A stretch of 64,000 bases of DNA, from the NCBI GenBank assembly GCA_903892035.1, contig CAITGV010000001.1, forward strand, positions 419,310 through 483,309, in the 5' to 3' direction. The notes below the pieces were generated by a model. It was not told the origin of the DNA. It searched no databases and worked only from the letters and a program-made list of their open reading frames with translations. Shown piece after piece: positions 57,079-64,000 of the stretch (position 1 is its first letter; each line of letters begins with the position of its first letter). A program made the translations under genes and the position numbers. The stretch is from an uncultured bacterium (GTDB lineage Bacteria; Patescibacteriota; Minisyncoccia; Phycocordibacterales; UBA9973).

Positions 57079-58446
57079 ATGATTGATGCGATAAATCCGC
57101 TGGATGGGAGATATAAAGATAAGGTTAAACCTTTGGCGGAATACTTCGGCGAGTACGCTCTGATGAAATATCGAGTGATGATGGAATGTGAATTTTTGGT
57201 ATGTTTGGCTGATTCTAAAATTACAACACTACGAAAATTAAGTACTGCAGAAATCGCTCTACTTCGAAACCTTTACAACAATTTTTCCGAGAAATCTTAC
57301 AACGCAATAAAGAAATTTGAAGCCACAACAAATCACGACGTAAAAGCCGTGGAATATTTCATAAAAGACGCACTTAAAGGTACGAGTTTAAAAGACGCTA
57401 TGGAATGGGTGCATTTCGGTTTGACTTCGGAAGACACGAATAACTGTGCAAATGCTCTGATGCTTTCGCTTGGTTCTCGCAATGTAATACTCCCCGCAAT
57501 AGTTGGCATTGAAAACATGCTCCGCACTTTTGCAAAAGAATATAAAAATCTTCCAATGCTTGCTCGCACGCACGGACAGAGCGCAAGCCCGACAACTCTC
57601 GGAAAAGAATTTGCAGTTTTCACAGCGCGCATAAAACGCCAGCGTGAGCAAATGGCAAAATATAAAATTTTGATAAAGTTAAATGGCGCGACGGGGAATT
57701 ACAATGCTTTTGTTTCCGCATATCCAAAAGCAGACTGGCTTGGTTTTACAAAAAAGTTTACAAAGCACCTCGCAGAAATTTCCGGAGCAGAACTTGAAGC
57801 GAATTTAATTACAACGCAAATTGAAAGTCACGACACATATGCCGAGCTTTTCGATATGATGCGCCGAGCAAATACGATAATGCTTGATTTGAATCAAGAT
57901 ATTTGGCGCTATATAAGTGATGGGTATTTGAGTCAGAAAACAAAAGCTGGGGAAGTTGGATCTTCGACGATGCCACACAAAGTGAACCCAATTGATTTTG
58001 AAAATAGTGAAGGCAACTTGGGAATCGCAAATTCTTTATTTGAATTCTTTGCACGAAAGCTTCCTATTTCTCGACTTCAGCGCGACCTTTCCGACTCGAC
58101 AGTCGAGCGTGCTTTCGGTACAGCATTTGGGCATTCATACTTGGCATATGTATCGCTGGAAAAAGGTTTGGGTAAAATCGGCGTGAATGAAAATAAAATA
58201 AAAGAAGATTTACTCGCTCACCCAGAAGTCGTCGCAGAAGCGATTCAGACAGTGCTTCGTCGTGAAGGCTATCCGATACCATATGAAGCACTGAAAGGCC
58301 TCACGCGTGGCAAGGTGGTGACAATGGAGGACTTCGCAGTATTTATCGACGGACTCGATGTAAATAAAAATATTAAAATAGAATTGAAAAAATTCACTCC
58401 ACAAAGTTATATCGGTCTCGCAGGAAAAATCGCCGGCATGGCGTAA
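57079..58446 (+). CDS. purB: Adenylosuccinate lyase
   Basis: PLDGRY, TNHDVKAVEY, RTHGQ, GSSTMPHKVNPIDFE, SRLQRDL. Confidence 0.98.
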   Translation: MIDAINPLDGRYKDKVKPLAEYFGEYALMKYRVMMECEFLVCLADSKITTLRKLSTAEIALLRNLYNNFSEKSYNAIKKFEATTNHDVKAVEYFIKDALKGTSLKDAMEWVHFGLTSEDTNNCANALMLSLGSRNVILPAIVGIENMLRTFAKEYKNLPMLARTHGQSASPTTLGKEFAVFTARIKRQREQMAKYKILIKLNGATGNYNAFVSAYPKADWLGFTKKFTKHLAEISGAELEANLITTQIESHDTYAELFDMMRRANTIMLDLNQDIWRYISDGYLSQKTKAGEVGSSTMPHKVNPIDFENSEGNLGIANSLFEFFARKLPISRLQRDLSDSTVERAFGTAFGHSYLAYVSLEKGLGKIGVNENKIKEDLLAHPEVVAEAIQTVLRREGYPIPYEALKGLTRGKVVTMEDFAVFIDGLDVNKNIKIELKKFTPQSYIGLAGKIAGMA

Positions 58447-58453
58447 AATACAA

Positions 58454-58528
58454 GCCATCATAGCTTAGTGGCAAAGCACTCCCTTGGTAAGGGAGAGACC
58501 GTGAGTCCGATTCTCACTGATGGCTCCA
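58454..58528 (+). tRNA. tRNA-Thr(GGT)
   Basis: GCCATCA/TGATGGC, CTCCC-TTGGTAA-GGGAG, T-loop TCCGATT, TCCA end. Confidence 0.93.
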
Positions 58529-60017
58529 GAATCAAACAGGACGGGTTTTGAGAAAAATTTTGGCGGGCAGAGCGAAGCTCTGCCCAAGGATTTAAAGGGT
58601 TTCCGAATGCTTCTCGTTTTTGGAGGGTGAGGCTCGAGCCGAAGATTTTTTGGAGGGAGATTTTTTTGGAGGGGAGGTCGTTCGTATTGGCGATTTCATC
58701 CAGTATTAAAGCGTCTTTTATCCATTCTCGCGTCGGTTCGATCCATGCGGAGGGGGTTCGCAAAAGTCGCTGTATTTTTTCCTCAACAGACTTTTTATCG
58801 GACATGAAAGAACGACGCCTTTCGAGGTAGTCGTCTCGTTCGATATCTTGAGAAACATAGACATCTGTAAGTCTGGTGAGGTTTTTTGAAATGTTTTGTT
58901 CTTCTTCTCGCAATTCCAACACAGCTTCTGATGCAGTATGTTTATTTTTCTGTTCTTCAACATCCAACATTTCAAAAAGTTTTGTCGCCCATGCTTTAGG
59001 CATCATATATTCAACAAGTATTGCTGAAAGCTGGCGATCCAGTTCTTCGCCTCGCACGCAAGGCTCAAAACATTTTTGCGTTTTGGATTTCTTTGAGCAG
59101 TGATAATAGGTGTATAAATGTTTTGTGCCATTCTTTTGTCGTTTGATTTTTAGCTCTCCCGTTATTCCCATGCCACAATTCCCGCACGACATAAGCCCGC
59201 AAAATGGTCTCGGGTCAGTTTTCTTGTCGGGCGTTCGACCGCGACCTCGCAATACAGCGTTTGCTTTATCAAAAAGTTCTTTGGAAATAATCGGTTCATG
59301 TTTACCCTCGTATATTTCCCCTGCGTGGCGAAAATGTCCGTAGTAGATAGGGTTGCAAATAATATGCGATATTCTCGAAACATGGACACGATTATTATTT
59401 TTTGATTTTATTTCCGAGTTTTCCAAAATCACAGCGAGGTCTTCAAGTCGCACATTTCCTGTGGCGTAAAGTTCAAATATTTTCTTCACGAGTTTCGCAT
59501 TTTTTTGATGAAGTGCAATTTTCTTGATTGCGGGATTGTTGATATAGCCGAACGGAGCAAGACTGGGGAAGTCGCCATTTCGTGCCTTTTGTCGCAGTCC
59601 GCGAGCGGTATTTTCGCTGAGTTGTCGGACATATTCATTAGCCATTCCTAGCTCCACAGACATCATCAACACATTGTCATTTGGAAAATGACTTTGTCCG
59701 TGAGTTTGGATATGTTGGATTATGTTTTGCTGGAGCATCCATTGGATTTTTCCGCTATCTACTGGATTACGAGATAAGCGATCAATTTTCCAGCAAACAA
59801 TTCCTTGCGCTTCTTCATTCTGAACACGCGAAAGCATTTCATTAAAAATTGGTCTGCCTGGAATTTTCGCAGAACGCTTTTCTATAAACTCATCGGCGAT
59901 TGATAGATTTTCACGCTTGGCAAGCTCGCGCAATTCGGTGAGCTGTGCCTCGATAGATAGGATTTGTTTATCCTCCACATCTGTTGATTTGCGAGCGTAT
60001 AAAAAGTATTTAAGCAT
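58458..60017 (-). CDS. Large serine recombinase; its 3' end reads through the tRNA-Thr antisense
   Basis: YARKS catalytic Ser, SAK..GRP.F, DRLSRN, PFGY, Zn ribbon CGNC..YYHC..C, coiled coil; start moved to ATG 60017. Confidence 0.93.
   Translation of the reverse strand: MLKYFLYARKSTDVEDKQILSIEAQLTELRELAKRENLSIADEFIEKRSAKIPGRPIFNEMLSRVQNEEAQGIVCWKIDRLSRNPVDSGKIQWMLQQNIIQHIQTHGQSHFPNDNVLMMSVELGMANEYVRQLSENTARGLRQKARNGDFPSLAPFGYINNPAIKKIALHQKNAKLVKKIFELYATGNVRLEDLAVILENSEIKSKNNNRVHVSRISHIICNPIYYGHFRHAGEIYEGKHEPIISKELFDKANAVLRGRGRTPDKKTDPRPFCGLMSCGNCGMGITGELKIKRQKNGTKHLYTYYHCSKKSKTQKCFEPCVRGEELDRQLSAILVEYMMPKAWATKLFEMLDVEEQKNKHTASEAVLELREEEQNISKNLTRLTDVYVSQDIERDDYLERRRSFMSDKKSVEEKIQRLLRTPSAWIEPTREWIKDALILDEIANTNDLPSKKISLQKIFGSSLTLQKREAFGNPLNPWAELRSARQNFSQNPSCLILEPSVRIGLTVSPLPRECFATKL
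58524..58681. repeat. Left copy of ~160-bp inverted repeat
   Basis: 58542-58632 is the exact reverse complement of 61121-61211 (91 bp). Confidence 0.93.
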
Positions 60018-60077
60018 GGTTGTATTATACCACAACGGATGGCGTAAAATACAACCAAAGAGTATAATCCGTGGATA

Positions 60078-60281
60078 ATGAATGAATCAGAGAAACTGGG
60101 TGAAAATTTAAAGCGTATCAGGACAGCCAAAGAAATATCGCAAGGCGAGATTAGCCGTATTCTCGGCGTGGATAAAAGTTTTGTGAGTAATATAGAAAAT
60201 GGCAAGACAAACCCGACACTTGCAACGATTGCAAAAATTGCGAAAGCGATCGGAGTTTCGGTTGGGGAGTTAATGAAATAA
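60078..60281 (+). CDS. XRE family HTH transcriptional regulator
   Basis: LKRIR...ISQ....ILGVDKSFVSNIENGKTNPTL; divergent from the recombinase. Confidence 0.93.
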   Translation: MNESEKLGENLKRIRTAKEISQGEISRILGVDKSFVSNIENGKTNPTLATIAKIAKAIGVSVGELMK

Positions 60282-60284
60282 AAT

Positions 60285-60980
60285 ATGACAAGAAAAAACG
60301 ACATAGAAGCTCTTTTAGAAAGAGTAGGAAAAGCAGAACCAAAGATTATTGAAGAATATAACAAATCACTTCACGATAAAACGATTGGAAATAATTTGAA
60401 AATTGATATTAAAGATTATTTTAGTCATCTTCGCTCTGTGTTGGATTATTTAGCTCATGATATTGTGGAAAAAAATTGCCCAAATGTTGACCCGAAAGAT
60501 AGGTTATATTTTCCTATTGGTTCAGACCAAAGTTCGTTTGAAGGAATAATGAAAAAATCATATCCTGATCTTAGTACAAATTCTATAAAAGTTTATAGTA
60601 TCCTAGAAAATATTCAACCATATAAGAAATCAGAAAATTTGTGGCTCAGTTCTTTCAATAAAATTAATAACGAAAATAAACACGAGCAGTTAACTCCTCA
60701 AAAAAGAACAGAAACAAAGAGGATAAATGTACAAGCTAATAACGGAGCTTCTGTTTCTTGGAATCCTTCTTCCGTTCGATTTGGTTCGGGTGTTTCAATT
60801 GCTGGAGTACCTGTAAATCCTAGTACGCAAATGCCAGTACCTTCAAATATTCAAACAGTAACGATTGAAACTTGGGTAGATTTTCAGTTTGAGGGTACGG
60901 GAGTATCAGCAATTTGGTTAGTAAAAGAAAGTCTCAAAAATGTAAAGGAAATTTTTAATGATTTGAAAAATTATATTTAA
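60285..60980 (+). CDS. Hypothetical cargo protein (possible HEPN-like helical fold)
   Basis: HLRSVLDY, YFP, QPY, N.NKH motifs. Confidence 0.6.
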   Translation: MTRKNDIEALLERVGKAEPKIIEEYNKSLHDKTIGNNLKIDIKDYFSHLRSVLDYLAHDIVEKNCPNVDPKDRLYFPIGSDQSSFEGIMKKSYPDLSTNSIKVYSILENIQPYKKSENLWLSSFNKINNENKHEQLTPQKRTETKRINVQANNGASVSWNPSSVRFGSGVSIAGVPVNPSTQMPVPSNIQTVTIETWVDFQFEGTGVSAIWLVKESLKNVKEIFNDLKNYI

Positions 60981-61061
60981 ATTAGGGAGTTTGACGATTT
61001 ACTAATCGGCAAAATTTTTAACACGCGCACGGGTGGGTGGGGCAAGTGTTATCTGAATTGC

Positions 61062-61274
61062 ACGACCTCCCCTCCAAAAAAATCTTCCCTCCAAAAATCT
61101 TGGGCTTTTGAATTTTTGAACCTCACCCTCCAAAAACGAGAAGCATTCGGAAACCCTTTAAATCCTTGGGCAGAGCTTCGCTCTGCCCGCCAAAATTTTT
61201 CTCAAAACCCGCCCGTTTTAATTCTGGAGTCCCTCTTAAACAAGGCTCGAACCTACTTTAGCAAAAATTCGTAA
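61062..61274 (+). pseudogene. Inverted copy of the recombinase 3' end with an alternative C-terminus (right inverted repeat 61062-61229)
   Basis: Reads ...ELRSARQNFSQNPPVLILESLLNKARTYFSKNS-stop (TAA 61272-61274); indels in the 5' part. Confidence 0.8.
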
Positions 61275-61562
61275 GAGTACAAACAATGCTAAGTGGTACG
61301 CTCCACGACCGTCGTTCATCCGAGTTACCACTACGCTCGCACTCTGTGCTAATTCTGTCGCCCGCTTCTCATCGGGAGTACCCTCACGATGTCCGCCCCT
61401 CTCCCGCATCGCTTTTCCATTCTTCTTTGAGTCGGCGGGGTTTCTTTTTGATTCGTATGGGCGATGCGGGAGGGGCGGGCGAGATCTAGAAAATTTTGAC
61501 TAAAATATATAATAATGTTATTATGTATAAAAATAAATTTGTTCACTTAAAACGTATTAAAA

Positions 61563-62588
61563 ATGGAAGATAAGAAATTAGATAAACAAGTCGCTGGCAT
61601 TTCTGCCGTAGCTCATTACGTTCCGCAGTTAATTAGAACTAGCGAGGATGTAGAAAAGTTGATTAATGCTCACTTAAAGCCAGAAATACAAACTGGCAGT
61701 ATTGAACGCCTTTCAGGTATTATCACTCGACACATTTCTCGTGAAGATGAATACAATTCTACCTTGGCGATAGGAGCATGTCGCATTCTTTTTGAAAAAG
61801 AAAAAATAAATCCAAGTGATATTGATTTATTGATTTTTGCTTCAACTGGTCAAGACATACTCGAACCTGCAACTGCACACATTGTGCAGGCAGAAATTGG
61901 CACGCATTGTAGAGTAATGGATATTAAAAATGCATGCAATGGATTTATTGATGCTTTTGATGTTGCGGTTTCTCTTATTGAAACGGGTAGACATAAAAAG
62001 GTACTAATTGCTACAGGTGAAGTGCCAAGCAAAGCTGCAAAGTTTGAAGTCCCCGATCGTGATTTACTACAGCAATATCTTGTAGGACACACCTTTGGTG
62101 ATTGCGGTACTGCGGTACTGATTACAGAAAAACCTAAGATTGCTACTGTAATAGATTCTTTCTTTTTTTCGGATAGTAGTAATTGGGATGTCGCAATGTT
62201 TCCAGGAGGTGGATCACGTTTTTTAAACCAACGAGATGCCTATTTCTTTAGAGGAGACGCAACTGCTCTCATGGAACCATTTTTCGTCCACACAAAAAGG
62301 CTACTTGAAGACTTTTTGAAACGAAACAATATTTCTCTGTCTAACATTGATCATATCTTCGTACACCAAGTTGCAGAATTTGTTTTAGATAGAATTTGTA
62401 ATGATTTACAAATTCCAAAAGCAAAGATACAGGTTACGATCAAAGAATATGGAAATGTAGCGGCAGCGAGTTTACCACTTGCCCTTGATTTACGCTTAAA
62501 AAGCCAGATTATTTTTTCTGGAACTTATGGGTTGTTTATCGGATTTGCAGGTGGCTTCAGTATTGGGTTTACGCTGGTTAAGTTTTAG
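61563..62588 (+). CDS. 3-oxoacyl-ACP synthase III family / OleA-like condensing enzyme
   Basis: EPATA, NAC, HQV, GNV..AS (Cys-His-Asn triad). Confidence 0.85.
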   Translation: MEDKKLDKQVAGISAVAHYVPQLIRTSEDVEKLINAHLKPEIQTGSIERLSGIITRHISREDEYNSTLAIGACRILFEKEKINPSDIDLLIFASTGQDILEPATAHIVQAEIGTHCRVMDIKNACNGFIDAFDVAVSLIETGRHKKVLIATGEVPSKAAKFEVPDRDLLQQYLVGHTFGDCGTAVLITEKPKIATVIDSFFFSDSSNWDVAMFPGGGSRFLNQRDAYFFRGDATALMEPFFVHTKRLLEDFLKRNNISLSNIDHIFVHQVAEFVLDRICNDLQIPKAKIQVTIKEYGNVAAASLPLALDLRLKSQIIFSGTYGLFIGFAGGFSIGFTLVKF

Positions 62589-62609
62589 TTGTCCTTCGGA
62601 AAAATTTTC

Positions 62610-62642
62610 AAAATCTGCACCAGAAATGGTGCAGATTTTTTT
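62610..62642 (+). terminator. Stem-loop with T tail
   Basis: AAAATCTGCACCA-GAAA-TGGTGCAGATTTT. Confidence 0.65.
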
Positions 62643-62673
62643 ACGCAAAATTGCTATAATCATACAGCACGAT

Positions 62674-64000
62674 ATGAAATACACTCTTTATTCGAACATT
62701 ATTTTAAATAGTTTAAAAACCACACTTTCAAGCACAGAAAGTGCTCTTATTTTTGATCATAAAAATCGGAACATTACGGGAGTACAAATTTTAGAATCTA
62801 TAGACAAAATTGCTCTAGAACTTATTGGCGAAGGAATAAAAAGAAATGATAGGATTATCTTTTTAGTTAGACCGTCTATAGAATCTATAATCTATTTTTT
62901 TGCTCTACTGCGTGCAGGAGTTGTTGTTGTTCTTGTTGACCCTGAAATGGGACAAGAGAATTTTGTCAGCCGAATCAAATTTTCAAAAGCTCATTTTATC
63001 TTACAAGATAAAATTTTAGAGAAAATTGAAAAGTATTCTTTTATTAAACCTTTACTTAGATTTTTAAATATATGGTTTCCTGATAATTTACCAATTCCTA
63101 CTCAAAATAGAATTACGGTAAAAAATCTTGAATTCATATTACAACGAAATACCGCAGGTATTATTGATGAAAAAGTAGTTGATGCAAGTGAAGATATGGT
63201 AATTATATTTACTTCTGGGACAGTCAATAAACCTAAAGGGGTTGTGCATTCTTACTCATCTTTATTTAATGCACTTAATATAATTTCTTCTGAAATATCA
63301 ATTTCAAAAAGCGATTTTCTATACGCTTCACAATTCTACTTCTTACTCATTGGACTTATGGTTTCTGCTCGGACTTACATTCCAAAAAATAAAACTTTTA
63401 GTCCTGAAAGTTTTTTAAAAATTGGTTTAAAATTCAAGATAACAAGTGCTTTTCTTTTGCCGTATGAGGGCGAGCTTATTTATAAATATTGCACAAAAAA
63501 TAAAATAATCCTTCCTAATTCTTTTAAAACGATCTTATTCGGCTCTGCTCCAGTTACAAAAGGTTTTTTGTCACGATTTTCAAATATATGTAATCTATCA
63601 TTAAAAGTTTACGGTGTTTACGGGGCAACTGAAATGTTGCCAATTTCACTAGTGGAAATGCAGGAAAAAATAAATTATAAAGGCAAGGGAGATTTACTTG
63701 GTAAGCCAACAAAAGGAGTGGAAATAAAAATTTCAGAAGATAAAGAAATTCTTGTTTCTGGCTCTCAATTATTTGTTAAGTATCTAGGCGACAATGAAAA
63801 AGCGAAATATTTTTACTCGGGAGATTTAGGTGAAATTGACAATGAGGGCAACATCATATTATTAGGACGGAAAAAAGATATGATTATTCGGAAAGGATTT
63901 AACATCTATCCAACTTTATTTGAAGTAAGTATTAGTAAAATGCCTGAAATTATTGAGTGTAGTATTGTTGGTGTATATGACGACAAAACAGAAGACGAAA
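62674..64000 (+). CDS. AMP-binding (ANL) enzyme, OleC-like (3'-truncated by window, absent from ORF track)
   Basis: Hand translation: MKYTLYS...VLVDPEMG...IIFTSGTVNKPKGV...GSAP...YGATE...SGDLG...GRKKDMIIR. Confidence 0.88.
   Translation, partial: MKYTLYSNIILNSLKTTLSSTESALIFDHKNRNITGVQILESIDKIALELIGEGIKRNDRIIFLVRPSIESIIYFFALLRAGVVVVLVDPEMGQENFVSRIKFSKAHFILQDKILEKIEKYSFIKPLLRFLNIWFPDNLPIPTQNRITVKNLEFILQRNTAGIIDEKVVDASEDMVIIFTSGTVNKPKGVVHSYSSLFNALNIISSEISISKSDFLYASQFYFLLIGLMVSARTYIPKNKTFSPESFLKIGLKFKITSAFLLPYEGELIYKYCTKNKIILPNSFKTILFGSAPVTKGFLSRFSNICNLSLKVYGVYGATEMLPISLVEMQEKINYKGKGDLLGKPTKGVEIKISEDKEILVSGSQLFVKYLGDNEKAKYFYSGDLGEIDNEGNIILLGRKKDMIIRKGFNIYPTLFEVSISKMPEIIECSIVGVYDDKTEDE

Noticed and set aside
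1-64000. CRISPR array or cas genes
   Set aside because: No regularly spaced direct repeats with unique spacers; the repeats found are dispersed and coding.

Overview
AT-rich bacterial chromosome segment. Gene content and style (shortened PheS/PheT/MurC, no Shine-Dalgarno motifs, tandem Cys-rich proteins, S74-chaperone fibre protein) suggest Patescibacteria/CPR, Parcubacteria-like; this is an inference. Housekeeping genes: secDF, lemA, htpX, murI/D/C, a UvrD-nuclease fusion, pheST, gyrB, thrS, glmS, tdh-kbl, most of de novo purine synthesis (purL,Q,F,N,D,E,M,C,B) and five tRNAs. The main unexplained signal is about 14 short GC-rich palindromic elements, of several families, inserted in frame in conserved genes (five in pheT, one nested in another). 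Two candidate mobilisers lie in the window: a RAYT-type Y1 transposase with its own covarying hairpins, and a GIY-YIG gene bounded by 21-bp terminal inverted repeats whose precise removal restores the purQ start. Also notable: a tRNA-Thr-anchored serine recombinase segment bounded by ~160-bp inverted repeats that give two alternative recombinase C-termini; a 1406-aa protein with a class I nucleotidyltransferase domain inside the pur cluster; tandem Cys-rich cassettes with near-identical 5' ends; a -10 box exactly 6 nt before many start codons; Bacteroidetes-like cargo genes; and an oleA/oleC-like pair. All calls are by eye; no database searches were run.
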